Shown here: one piece after another, positions 9,304 to 18,342 of the stretch
Numbering within the stretch: the stretch's first letter is position 1
How the letters are laid out: the number at the start of each line of letters is the position of its first letter
Source of the DNA: Vibrio alginolyticus NBRC 15630 = ATCC 17749
Lineage (GTDB): Bacteria > Pseudomonadota > Gammaproteobacteria > Enterobacterales > Vibrionaceae
Assembly (NCBI RefSeq): GCF_000354175.2
Contig: NC_022349.1
Span: forward strand, 240,001 to 272,000
DNA: 32,000 nucleotides
Direction of reading: 5' to 3'
Translations under genes and position numbers: made by a program
The notes under the pieces: model-generated
What the model was told of the DNA's origin: nothing
What the model saw: the letters and a program-made list of their open reading frames with translations, nothing else
The model's database searches: none

Positions 9304-12300
9304 GCGATCTTAATAAATCAGTGCCTCAAAGTGATGATGATGTGACCGGTATTGCTGCGTACTTCATCCGAAATCGCGTCATCAGTTGGATGGTCGCACT
9401 GATATTTTTGATTGGTGGTATCGCCGCATTCTTTGGTTTAGGGCGTCTTGAGGACCCTGCTTTTACTATTAAAGATGCGATGGTAGTGACCTCTTACCCT
9501 GGTGCGACACCGCAACAAGTCGAAGAAGAAGTGACGTACCCAATCGAAAAAGCGATTCAGCAGCTTACTTATGTTGATGAAGTAAATTCGATTTCTAGCC
9601 GAGGCTTATCTCAAATCACGGTCACGATGAAGAACAATTATGGCCCTGATGATCTACCACAAATTTGGGATGAGTTGCGCCGTAAAGTGAACGACCTTAA
9701 AGGGACGTTGCCTCCAGGTGTGAATGAACCTCAAGTGATCGATGATTTTGGTGATGTTTACGGGATTTTGTTAGCGGTGACTGGCGACGGTTATAGCTAT
9801 AAAGAGCTACTAGATTACGTCGATTACTTACGCCGAGAGCTCGAACTGGTTGATGGCGTGAGTAAAGTTTCGGTATCCGGGCAACAGCAAGAGCAAGTTT
9901 TCATCGAAGTATCGATGAAAAAGCTGAGCAGTATAGGTCTTGCTCCGGATACCGTGTTTAATCTTCTTTCGACGCAAAACGTGGTTTCTGACGCAGGAGC
10001 GATCAGAATTGGTGACGAGTACATCAGAATTCAGCCGACTGGCGAGTTCCAGAGTGTGGAGGAGCTGGGTGATTTGTTAATTACTGAGTCGGGCGCTCAG
10101 GGGCTCATTTTCTTGAAAGATGTGGCGGAAATAAAACGCGGGTATGTAGAAGTACCGAGTAATGTTATTAATTTTAACGGCAGCCTTGCACTGAACGTGG
10201 GTGTTTCTTTTGCTGAAGGCGTCAATGTGGTTGAAGTCGGAAAAGCGTTTGATCATCGCCTTGCCGAGCTAAAGTACCAACAACCTGTCGGTATCGAAAT
10301 CTCGGAAATTTACAGTCAGCCTAAAGAGGTGGATAAATCGGTTAGCGGTTTTGTTGTCAGCTTGGCTCAAGCTGTCGGTATCGTCATTATCGTACTTCTG
10401 TTCTTTATGGGGCTACGTTCTGGGCTACTTATCGGTTTAATCTTGCTGCTGACGGTGCTGGGTACGTTCATTTTCATGAAGTATCTCGCGATAGATTTAC
10501 AGCGGATTTCATTAGGTGCCTTGGTTATCGCATTGGGTATGTTGGTGGACAATGCCATCGTTGTGGTTGAGGGGATTTTGATTGGTACTCAAAAAGGGCG
10601 AACTCGACTCCAAGCAGCGACCGACATTGTTACCCAAACCAAGTGGCCATTACTTGGGGCAACTGTGATTGCGGTAACTGCATTTGCGCCAATTGGACTG
10701 TCTGAAGACTCGACGGGCGAATACTGTGGCACTTTATTTACGGTTCTGCTGATCTCTTTAATGTTGAGCTGGTTTACCGCTATCTCGTTGACACCATTCT
10801 TTGCTGACATCTTCTTTAAAGGCCAGAAGATTAAACAAGGTGAAGGGGAAGAAAATGATCCATATAACGGGGTTATTTTCGTTATTTATAAAAAGTTTCT
10901 TCAGTTTTGTATGCGTCGTGCTTGGTTTACCGTTGTGGTGCTGATTGCGGGATTAGCGGCAAGTGTTTACGGGTTCACCTTTGTGAAGCAAGCGTTTTTC
11001 CCATCGTCGACAACGCCTATTTTTCAGTTAGATGTATGGATGCCAGAAGGAACTGATATTCGAGCAACCAACACAACGCTTAAAGAGTTAGAAAGTTGGT
11101 TAGCTAAGCAAGAGCATGTTGACCATATCACGACGACCGCGGGTAAAGGCTTACAGCGCTTCATGTTAACGTACGCGCCAGAGAAAAGTTATGCGGCTTA
11201 TGGTGAGATAACCACTCGCATGGAAAACTACGAAGCGTTAAAACCATTAATGGCGAAGTTTCGAGAGTATTTAAAAGCCAACTACCCAGAAATCAATTAC
11301 AAGCTCAAACAGATTGAGTTAGGCCCTGGTGGTGGTGCAAAAATTGAAGCTCGCATTATTGGCTCAGATCCAACCGTCCTTCGTACGATAGCCGCTCAGG
11401 TCAAGGACATCATGTACGCCGACCCTCAGGCAACAAATATCAGGCATGATTGGCGTGAACGAACCCAAGTTCTTGAACCTCAGTTTAACGAGAGTCAGGC
11501 ACGTCGCTATGGCATTACCAAATCAGATGTCGATGACTTCTTGTCCATGTCATTCTCTGGAATGACGATAGGCCTTTACCGAGACGGCACGACGCTCATG
11601 CCTATCGTGGCTCGTTTACCTGAAGATGAACGTATTGATATTCGTAACATTGAAGGCATGAAAATATGGAGTCCAGCACAGAGTGAGTTTATCCCACTTC
11701 AACAAGTCACAATGGGTTACGACATGCGTTGGGAGGATCCTATCATCGTACGTAAGAACCGTAAGCGTATGCTCACTGTGATGGCAGACCCTGATATTCT
11801 AGGTGAAGAAACCGCATCGACATTGCAAAAACGCTTACAGCCCCAAATCGAAGCGATTCAATTACCACCAGGTTATTCCTTAGAGTGGGGTGGTGAATAC
11901 GAATCTTCAGGTGATGCTCAAGAGTCACTGTTTACTACTATGCCAATGGGGTACTTGTTCATGTTCTTGATCACTGTATTCCTATTTTACTCTATCAAAG
12001 AGCCACTCATTGTTTGGCTTACCGTACCGCTGGCGTTAATTGGCGTCACCACTGGTTTGTTGGCACTCAACACGCCGTTTGGTTTTATGGCATTGCTCGG
12101 CTTCTTAAGCTTATCGGGAATGGTGCTCAAAAATGGCATCGTATTACTGGACCAAATTGAAATTGAAATGAAGTCCGGTAAAGAGGCTTATGACGCGGTC
12201 GTTGATGCTGCGGTAAGTCGCGTCCGTCCCGTTTGTATGGCTGCTATCACGACGATCCTTGGTATGATCCCACTGTTGCCAGATATTTTCTTCAAACCAA

Positions 12301-12410
12301 TGGCGGTTACGATTATGTTTGGTTTGGGTTTTGCGACAGTCCTGACACTGATTGTCGTGCCAGTGTTGTATCGTTTGTTCCATAAAGTGGCAGTACCGAA
12401 ACAGGCTTAG
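9300..12410 (+). CDS. vexK: RND (AcrB/AcrD/AcrF family) inner-membrane efflux pump
   Basis: 1036 aa with 12-TM topology and two large periplasmic loops, the typical AcrB architecture. Translationally coupled to the adaptor gene. Confidence 0.85.
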   Translation: MSDLNKSVPQSDDDVTGIAAYFIRNRVISWMVALIFLIGGIAAFFGLGRLEDPAFTIKDAMVVTSYPGATPQQVEEEVTYPIEKAIQQLTYVDEVNSISSRGLSQITVTMKNNYGPDDLPQIWDELRRKVNDLKGTLPPGVNEPQVIDDFGDVYGILLAVTGDGYSYKELLDYVDYLRRELELVDGVSKVSVSGQQQEQVFIEVSMKKLSSIGLAPDTVFNLLSTQNVVSDAGAIRIGDEYIRIQPTGEFQSVEELGDLLITESGAQGLIFLKDVAEIKRGYVEVPSNVINFNGSLALNVGVSFAEGVNVVEVGKAFDHRLAELKYQQPVGIEISEIYSQPKEVDKSVSGFVVSLAQAVGIVIIVLLFFMGLRSGLLIGLILLLTVLGTFIFMKYLAIDLQRISLGALVIALGMLVDNAIVVVEGILIGTQKGRTRLQAATDIVTQTKWPLLGATVIAVTAFAPIGLSEDSTGEYCGTLFTVLLISLMLSWFTAISLTPFFADIFFKGQKIKQGEGEENDPYNGVIFVIYKKFLQFCMRRAWFTVVVLIAGLAASVYGFTFVKQAFFPSSTTPIFQLDVWMPEGTDIRATNTTLKELESWLAKQEHVDHITTTAGKGLQRFMLTYAPEKSYAAYGEITTRMENYEALKPLMAKFREYLKANYPEINYKLKQIELGPGGGAKIEARIIGSDPTVLRTIAAQVKDIMYADPQATNIRHDWRERTQVLEPQFNESQARRYGITKSDVDDFLSMSFSGMTIGLYRDGTTLMPIVARLPEDERIDIRNIEGMKIWSPAQSEFIPLQQVTMGYDMRWEDPIIVRKNRKRMLTVMADPDILGEETASTLQKRLQPQIEAIQLPPGYSLEWGGEYESSGDAQESLFTTMPMGYLFMFLITVFLFYSIKEPLIVWLTVPLALIGVTTGLLALNTPFGFMALLGFLSLSGMVLKNGIVLLDQIEIEMKSGKEAYDAVVDAAVSRVRPVCMAAITTILGMIPLLPDIFFKPMAVTIMFGLGFATVLTLIVVPVLYRLFHKVAVPKQA

Positions 12411-12438
12411 TGCTACTGATATAACGATAAAAAATATC

Positions 12439-12471
12439 GCGCCTCTAGCTCATCAGTTAGAGGCGCTTTTT
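12439..12471 (+). terminator. Rho-independent terminator of the RND operon
   Basis: GCGCCTCTA-(10 nt loop)-TAGAGGCGC followed by TTTTT. Confidence 0.85.
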
Positions 12472-12482
12472 AAGGAAGAATA

Positions 12483-13049
12483 ATGACAGAACAAAAAACG
12501 TGTGCGTGGGCGATGAATCACCCATTAGAGCGCGAATATCATGATTCCGAATGGGGCGTGCCAGTATATGACGACCAAGTCCTGTTTGAATTTATTACTT
12601 TGGAAGGTGCGCAAGCTGGTCTTAGTTGGATCACCATCCTTAAAAAGCGCGAAGGTTACAGAGAAGCGTTCGAGAATTACGATCTAGATGCGTTGGAACA
12701 AAGAAATGAAGAACGCGCTGAATACATCGTGGAAAACTTCGATGTTGTAAGGCATCGCGGAAAGATTAACTCGGTTTTCAGTAATGCCAAAGCGGCCAAA
12801 GCGTTAATTGCTGAATACGGAAGTTTATCAGACGCGTTGTGGCAGTTCGTGGACGGCGAACCAATCATTAATCAATGGCAACATATGAGTGACGTGCCAG
12901 TTTCGACAGAGCAATCCAAAGCCATGAGTAAATTCCTAAAAAAGAAAGGCTTCAAGTTTGTCGGTGAAACCATCTGTTATGCTTTCATGCAAGCCGTCGG
13001 CATGGTGGATGACCATATCGTTGGATGTCCTAAAAAGCAGAATAAGTAA
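12483..13049 (+). CDS. tag: DNA-3-methyladenine glycosylase I
   Basis: EYHDSEWGVP...LEGAQAGLSWITILKKREGYREAF matches the conserved core of E. coli Tag. 188 aa. Shine-Dalgarno AAGGAAG. Confidence 0.92.
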   Translation: MTEQKTCAWAMNHPLEREYHDSEWGVPVYDDQVLFEFITLEGAQAGLSWITILKKREGYREAFENYDLDALEQRNEERAEYIVENFDVVRHRGKINSVFSNAKAAKALIAEYGSLSDALWQFVDGEPIINQWQHMSDVPVSTEQSKAMSKFLKKKGFKFVGETICYAFMQAVGMVDDHIVGCPKKQNK

Positions 13050-13073
13050 CGTTTGGCTATTAAGCTAATGTTG

Positions 13074-13934
13074 TTAGTTCTGGCTATCATGAATACGTTC
13101 CAAAGCTTCGATTCGACGCCATTGAGTGGCATCGAAGCTTTGTTTTCTTAAAGCAATGATTTCTGACTGTTTTTCGTCTTGCCCTAGAAAATCTCTATTC
13201 AGAATATTTTGACGCTGCTTTAAGTAAGTGGCGAGTTGAGTCTCAAATGATTCTCTTTGCTCATCAAGTTTTTGCAGCCTCTGCGCTCCGGCATCTCCTA
13301 CCAGAGCAACACGGGCGATGTACTTGTCTTGTGAATCAAGCTGAGAAGCTTGCTCGAGCTGCTTTGCTAATGCGTTATTGCGTTCACTTTCTCGTATGTA
13401 ATCCGGTTGTTCTGATAACGCTTGATTGAGAAGGTGTTCTTGACTCTCGATATCCGATGCCTGTGTTTTAATCGTCAGCTTTTCTAAAGCAAGTTGGCGA
13501 AGTCGGTTTTCTTCGTCAAACAATTGGGTTATCTGCGCCTCGCTAAAGTATTGAAGCTGTAAGTTCAGTATTGCTTCATTCAGCATGGTTAACTGTTCAA
13601 GCGTTAGGTGATTGTGCTCAAAAGGCTCTAATGCAGAGAGTGCTTGCTTGTAGGAAAGGTAGGTTTGAAAAAGTTTGGCATCAATATTCAGAGTTTGCTT
13701 TGCTAAAGTGTCATCATTGACTTCCGCTTTGATCGTATCGAGATCTTCTTCGCCCAGCCGGCTAAGAGAATATTCGAAGAAGTCTTTTGGGGAAGAGACA
13801 TCGGCGGCTATATCTTGCTGAGATGGCGAATGGTTAGAGGTTATCTCTTGTTGTTTGTCGCTTTGTAACAGAGAAAGCGCTCCCACGCCAAATATCGAGA
13901 GCAGGATAAAAGTGGTGAGAGCGACTTTCTTCAT
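13074..13934 (-). CDS. lif: Lipase-specific foldase / lipase secretion chaperone (Lif)
   Basis: N-terminal membrane anchor, then a helical, Gln/Glu/Leu-rich body. FFEYSLS resembles the Lif RxxFDY(F/C)L(S/T)A motif. It lies 12 nt downstream of the lipase gene. Confidence 0.85.
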   Translation of the reverse strand: MKKVALTTFILLSIFGVGALSLLQSDKQQEITSNHSPSQQDIAADVSSPKDFFEYSLSRLGEEDLDTIKAEVNDDTLAKQTLNIDAKLFQTYLSYKQALSALEPFEHNHLTLEQLTMLNEAILNLQLQYFSEAQITQLFDEENRLRQLALEKLTIKTQASDIESQEHLLNQALSEQPDYIRESERNNALAKQLEQASQLDSQDKYIARVALVGDAGAQRLQKLDEQRESFETQLATYLKQRQNILNRDFLGQDEKQSEIIALRKQSFDATQWRRIEALERIHDSQN

Positions 13935-13946
13935 TGTGATGACCTC

Positions 13947-14876
13947 TTATAAACCTTGAAGTTTGAGACGATTTGCATGTTGGCGATAAAGCGTGACTGG
14001 ATCGGTTTCAAAAAGATGATGAATACCGAGTAGGCCGTTAATTTCATCCAAATGGTTCATTTGATAATCATCACGTATGACTTTGCCCAAATGTGTGCTG
14101 CACGCACCAACTAAGCCATCATTTGGCCCATCAAAGGCTAAGCCAAGTACCATCATGGCAGCGTCGGTCGGATCGAAAACGTTTGTAAAAGTGGATGATC
14201 CGGTCCATGAGTAGTAATAAACGCCATTTGAAGCCAGCAAGTCACCATTACCACATTCACTGGTAGGGACTCCTTCCGGGTAGTGTTGGTTAAACGCTAA
14301 TGATCCTTCCGTGGTTAATGCTGCTAGTGAGGCTAAAGGGTCTTGGTCGAGATCAGAACCACCTGATAGAAGATTAATAAGAGTAGTTAAGCCTTGCGCC
14401 AGTTTTACCGCGAGCTGCTCACTACCCGAACCCTCGGATACGGTGCCACGAACTAGATCTGCCACTTTAGACCCTTTATTAACGCCTCCTATACTCGTAA
14501 CTGATGCGACTAGGTCAGGACGGACAGAGGCAACATAGCGCGTTGTTGGACCACCATGACTGTGACCAATGAGATTGACTTTCTCTGCGCCTGTTGCTGC
14601 AAGTAAGGTTTCGACTTGAGCAAGCAGTTGCTCCCCTCGAACTTCGCTGCTATTGGTCGCGGATACCTGTGCAACATAAACCGTAGCGCCATCTTTTGTT
14701 AAGGAATGTGGTATTCCGAAAAAGTAATCAACGCCTGCCAGGGTATCAAAACCAAACAAACCGTGAACCAGAACAATCGGATACTTGGTTTGGGTATAAC
14801 CTGTTGCAGCGTATACGGAGGTTATTGGGACGGTAACTAAGGTAAAAAGCATTAGCGCTATAAATTTGAGTTTCAA
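13947..14876 (-). CDS. lipA: Secreted triacylglycerol lipase (family I.1/I.2, Lif-dependent)
   Basis: YTQTKYPIVLVHGLFGFD, the nucleophile elbow NLIGHSHGG and C-terminal NHLDEIN closely resemble Pseudomonas LipA. Has a signal peptide. TTG start with AAGGAG 6 nt upstream. Confidence 0.9.
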   Translation of the reverse strand: MKLKFIALMLFTLVTVPITSVYAATGYTQTKYPIVLVHGLFGFDTLAGVDYFFGIPHSLTKDGATVYVAQVSATNSSEVRGEQLLAQVETLLAATGAEKVNLIGHSHGGPTTRYVASVRPDLVASVTSIGGVNKGSKVADLVRGTVSEGSGSEQLAVKLAQGLTTLINLLSGGSDLDQDPLASLAALTTEGSLAFNQHYPEGVPTSECGNGDLLASNGVYYYSWTGSSTFTNVFDPTDAAMMVLGLAFDGPNDGLVGACSTHLGKVIRDDYQMNHLDEINGLLGIHHLFETDPVTLYRQHANRLKLQGL

Positions 14877-15065
14877 AACTATCTCCTTGTGGTATGACCT
14901 CTTATGAATGATAAAAAGTAGGAGAGAAACTCTAAATTTGGAAAGCCTATTTGTGGCACATTATTTCATTCTGTGACTGCTCAATTGAAAAACAACACAA
15001 ATGATTAACATTAATTAATAGTTCTGGTGAATGTTAGTTAATTCTAATTAAGTCAGGGAGTTATA

Positions 15066-15092
15066 AAAACGCCCCGCAATGCAGGGCGATTC
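15066..15092 (-). terminator. Rho-independent terminator of metC
   Basis: The reverse strand reads GCCCTGCattGCGGGGC followed by GTTTTTAT, just after the metC stop. Confidence 0.75.
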
Positions 15093-15100
15093 AATCATTG

Positions 15101-16306
15101 TTATAGGGAGACTTCTTTTTCAAGCATTAAGGCATTATAACGCGCAAAACCAGCCTCTAAATCAGCGATCAAGTCATTTACGTCTTCTAAGCCAATATGA
15201 ATACGAACCAAAGTACCTTCAAAGTGTGGGTGAGCTACGGTTCTCAGACTGTTAAAGCTCTTAGGTTCGTTAGCTAGAATGAGGCTTTCATAACCGCCCC
15301 AAGAGTAACCCATACTGAAGTGTTTCATGCCATCAAGCAGAGCCGTCGTCGCTTTTGGATAAGACGTTTTGAGAACAAATGAAAACAAGCCGTTTCCCCC
15401 TGTGAAGTCTCGTTTGAAAAACTCATGGCCAGGGCTTGTTTCTAAAGCTGGATGGCGGACATGATCAACTTCTGGGCGAGAAGCGAGCCACTGAGCGACT
15501 TTTAAACTGCTTTCTGCGTGCTGTCTTAGGCGAACATCCAACGTGCGAATACCTCGAAGACCTAGGTATGCGTCGTCAGGAGAAACGCACTGACCCATCA
15601 GGTAGCTTTGTTCACGAAGCTGATCCCAATACTTTTCAGAAGCCACAGCAGTACCTAGCATGACATCTGAATGTCCAACGATATACTTAGTCGCCGCTTG
15701 AATGGAAATGTCTACGCCATGCTCGAAAGGAGAGAAGTTCACGCCAGCTCCCCATGTATTGTCTAGCATCACGATGATATCTTGCTCATGGGCAATGCGT
15801 GCTAATGTAGGTACATCTTGGACTTCCATGGTTATTGAACCAGGAGACTCCAAGAAAAGGACTTTGGTATTCGGCTGAATCAAGTCTCGGATACCTTCAC
15901 CGATCATTGGGTCATAATAGGTGGTTTCGATGCCCATTTTCTTCATTATGGTGTTACAAAAGTCACGAGTTGGTTCGTAACAAGTGTCCACCATTAGAAT
16001 GTGATCGCCAGTTTCAACGAAAGAGAGGATGGCGTTTGAAATTGCTGCCGTTCCACAAGGGTAAAGCGCGCAACCAGCTCCACCTTCAATCTCAACCATT
16101 GCGTCTTGGAAAGCAAAGTGCGTGTTGGTGCCTCGGCGACCATAAAACAATGTTTTGTTTGCACGATTAATGGTGGCTTGGTTCTTTTCTGCAACGGTAT
16201 TGAATACCACGGTTGAAGCGCGTTGAACGGGTGGGTTTACAACACCATTTGTCCACTTTTTATCGCGGCCAGCGGTAATGAGTTTGGTTTTTTTTCCCTC
16301 TGACAT
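15101..16306 (-). CDS. metC: Cystathionine beta-lyase (PLP-dependent)
   Basis: Cys/Met-metabolism PLP enzyme with the lysine region ATKYIVGHSD. The start is set at MSEGKKTKLITAGR (401 aa, similar in length to E. coli MetC). The track ORF adds 26 unsupported residues. Confidence 0.88.
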   Translation of the reverse strand: MSEGKKTKLITAGRDKKWTNGVVNPPVQRASTVVFNTVAEKNQATINRANKTLFYGRRGTNTHFAFQDAMVEIEGGAGCALYPCGTAAISNAILSFVETGDHILMVDTCYEPTRDFCNTIMKKMGIETTYYDPMIGEGIRDLIQPNTKVLFLESPGSITMEVQDVPTLARIAHEQDIIVMLDNTWGAGVNFSPFEHGVDISIQAATKYIVGHSDVMLGTAVASEKYWDQLREQSYLMGQCVSPDDAYLGLRGIRTLDVRLRQHAESSLKVAQWLASRPEVDHVRHPALETSPGHEFFKRDFTGGNGLFSFVLKTSYPKATTALLDGMKHFSMGYSWGGYESLILANEPKSFNSLRTVAHPHFEGTLVRIHIGLEDVNDLIADLEAGFARYNALMLEKEVSL

Positions 16307-16462
16307 AAAAGTTCCCTGTCTTAAATATTGCGGTTTTGAATATTTAAAACATGGACGACGTAGGTTATGCAAGGGAAAAGTCAACTATCAGCCAATAACA
16401 GCGAAGATGAACAGGTAATGATGTCGAGAGGTATCGTGTAGATAGGGAGCTAAAAGAACAAA

Positions 16463-16498
16463 CCTCCAGCAGGATGCATGTAGCGCTGGAGGTTTTTT
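16463..16498 (-). terminator. Hairpin terminator downstream of cls, with T-rich tracts on both sides (possibly bidirectional)
   Basis: CCTCCAGC-(14 nt)-GCTGGAGG. The plus-strand side is followed by TTTTTT and the minus-strand side by TTTGTTCTTTT. Confidence 0.7.
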
Positions 16499-16517
16499 AG
16501 CCTGTGTATTTGAGGTA

Positions 16518-17972
16518 TTAGAGGAGTGGGTTGAAGAGATAGAACACTCGCTCTAAGAACCGAGAAAATAGGCTCCTTTTCTCCCATTCTTCCAATACAA
16601 CAGTGTGAGATTGCTTAATATAGCTATCTTGTAACCAAGACATTTGCTTGGTGAACTCTTCGTCATCAACGGCGAGGGTCACTTCGAAGTTCAGCCACAA
16701 GCTGCGCATATCCATGTTTACGGTGCCAACTAAACAGAATTGGTCGTCAATTACGACAGATTTTGTATGCAGCAAACCACCATAAAACTCATAAATCTTG
16801 ACCCCTGCACTCAAGAGCTCACTATAAAAAGCGCGTGAAGCCCATTGCACCATCATAGAGTCATTTTTATGGGGAATAATGAGTTCAACGTTAATGCCTC
16901 GTTGTGCTGTCATCTTTAACGTTTCGAGTAAATCAGCATTGGGCACGAAATATGGTGTTGTGATTCGTACCGAGCGATTGGCTTGGTTTATTGCCAATGT
17001 TAATACTTGATAGATCAGATATTCCGGCATACCTGGGCCAGAAGGCACAACCTGAATAGGGTGTTGGAATTCACTCTCATCGATCTTGCATTCAGGTAGT
17101 CTTGGTAAATGACGTTCGCCAGTTTCGACTTCCCAATCCCAACAGTGGATGGCACTCAATACGTTTACCGTTGGTCCCGTAATGCGAACCATGATGTCCA
17201 CCCAATGCCCGACGCCACTGTTTTGCTTGAAGTAAGCCGGGTCAACCAGGTTCATTGAACCGGTATAAGCAATTTCATCATCAATTACGATGATCTTGCG
17301 ATGTTGGCGAAGATCAAGACGACGTAAGAAAATACGCCACATCTTCACTTCTAGCGCTTGAATAACTTCAATTCCAGCATCCTGCATCATTCGATACCAA
17401 GGACTTCTGAAAAAACGTGGACTACCTGCTGAATCGAGCAATAGCTTGACATCTACGCCGCGTTTAGCCGCTTGAATAAGCGCAGAAGCGACAGAGTCAG
17501 CCAAACCACCCGGATGCCAAATGTAGAATACCATTCGAATACTGCTCTGCGCGTTTTCGATGTCTTCAATAATGGAATGCAAAATCTCATTAGGTGACTG
17601 TTGCAGCGACAATGTATTACCGCTCAATGCGGGAAGACCAAGGCGGTTGTTACAAAGTTCATCAATTCGGTAGATGTGCCTTCCCATCGTTTCTGGGTTG
17701 TGCGCGTTACAGTCGTTAAGCTGACTGAACCACTTCTCGAATGGTGTAAACATCTCTTTCGCACGTTCGGCTCGCTTTCTGCCTAAGTTCAGTTCACCGA
17801 AGAGGAAATAACATGCGACACCCAGAACGGGAAGGATATAAATGATCATTAGCCAAGCTAAAGACACGCTCACTGCACGGCGCTTTAAAACGACACGAAT
17901 GGTCACACCTGCGACCAGTAACCAATATAGCCCGATGCCAGCTAAAGTAAGAAAGTGATAAAACTTGTCCAT
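16518..17972 (-). CDS. clsA: Cardiolipin synthase A
   Basis: Two N-terminal TM helices and two HKD motifs (HRKIIVIDD... and HTKSVVIDD...). 484 aa. Confidence 0.92.
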   Translation of the reverse strand: MDKFYHFLTLAGIGLYWLLVAGVTIRVVLKRRAVSVSLAWLMIIYILPVLGVACYFLFGELNLGRKRAERAKEMFTPFEKWFSQLNDCNAHNPETMGRHIYRIDELCNNRLGLPALSGNTLSLQQSPNEILHSIIEDIENAQSSIRMVFYIWHPGGLADSVASALIQAAKRGVDVKLLLDSAGSPRFFRSPWYRMMQDAGIEVIQALEVKMWRIFLRRLDLRQHRKIIVIDDEIAYTGSMNLVDPAYFKQNSGVGHWVDIMVRITGPTVNVLSAIHCWDWEVETGERHLPRLPECKIDESEFQHPIQVVPSGPGMPEYLIYQVLTLAINQANRSVRITTPYFVPNADLLETLKMTAQRGINVELIIPHKNDSMMVQWASRAFYSELLSAGVKIYEFYGGLLHTKSVVIDDQFCLVGTVNMDMRSLWLNFEVTLAVDDEEFTKQMSWLQDSYIKQSHTVVLEEWEKRSLFSRFLERVFYLFNPLL

Positions 17973-18265
17973 ATACGCTCAGAGTAATATGCCCTTCTAG
18001 GATATTAAGCATAAAAGTGGGTTGGGGGAATAGATTTCCCATTTAGACGTGGGATTGACCTTATATGAGGAACGAATTTCATAACAGCTGATTCTGTTAT
18101 TTTAATGTGAAAAATAAGGTCATTCTTTAACTTTTGAACAAAAAAGCAGCATTTAACCTGCGTAACTCGACACTTGTGCGATAAATGTACTTTTTTGGGG
18201 TTCCAATTTTAAAGGGGAGCTGCTTTACTTTCTAGACATAGTGCGTCGAACGCTTATTTTATAAG

Positions 18266-18283
18266 TGTACAATAATTTTTACA
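18266..18283. promoter_or_regulatory. TyrR-box-like operator TGTACA-N6-TTTACA
   Basis: Matches the TGTAAA-N6-TTTACA consensus at 11 of 12 positions. It lies 60 nt upstream of the NSS transporter start, and the right half could double as a -35 hexamer. Confidence 0.45.
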
Positions 18284-18342
18284 TAAACTTTTTAGACGCC
18301 TATCTCTATGCATACACAACAAACTAATTTTGGAGAAAAAGC

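Noticed and set aside
14954-14969. Plus-strand TGGCACattatTTCAT, which looks like a sigma-54 -24 element and could drive an sRNA (Qrr-like) between lipA and metC.
   Set aside because: The -12 GC dinucleotide is missing. No downstream plus-strand gene or good plus-strand terminator follows. The downstream sequence has no resemblance to the conserved Qrr core as I remember it.
14906-15060. AT-rich region upstream of lipA containing TTAATTAA, considered as evidence that the lipase-foldase cassette is a recent horizontal acquisition.
   Set aside because: There are no flanking repeats, integrase or tRNA. By eye, the coding-region composition looks like that of the neighbours. Testing this needs codon-usage and GC statistics and comparative synteny, which I cannot compute here.
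16350-16372. Possible MetJ boxes upstream of metC (minus strand CTACGTCG TCCATGTT).
   Set aside because: Only one 8-mer reaches 5 of 8 matches to AGACGTCT, and there is no convincing tandem second box.
18143-18226. Long-range 8-bp inverted repeat AAAGCAGC...GCTGCTTT and ATAACAG-N6-CTGTTAT (18081-18100) in the cls / NSS-transporter divergent region, considered as a possible riboswitch or LexA-type site.
   Set aside because: There are no supporting internal helices and no known riboswitch core (glycine riboswitch motifs are absent). The ACAG-N6-CTGT orientation and spacing do not fit the LexA CTGT-N8-ACAG box. These are insufficient on their own.
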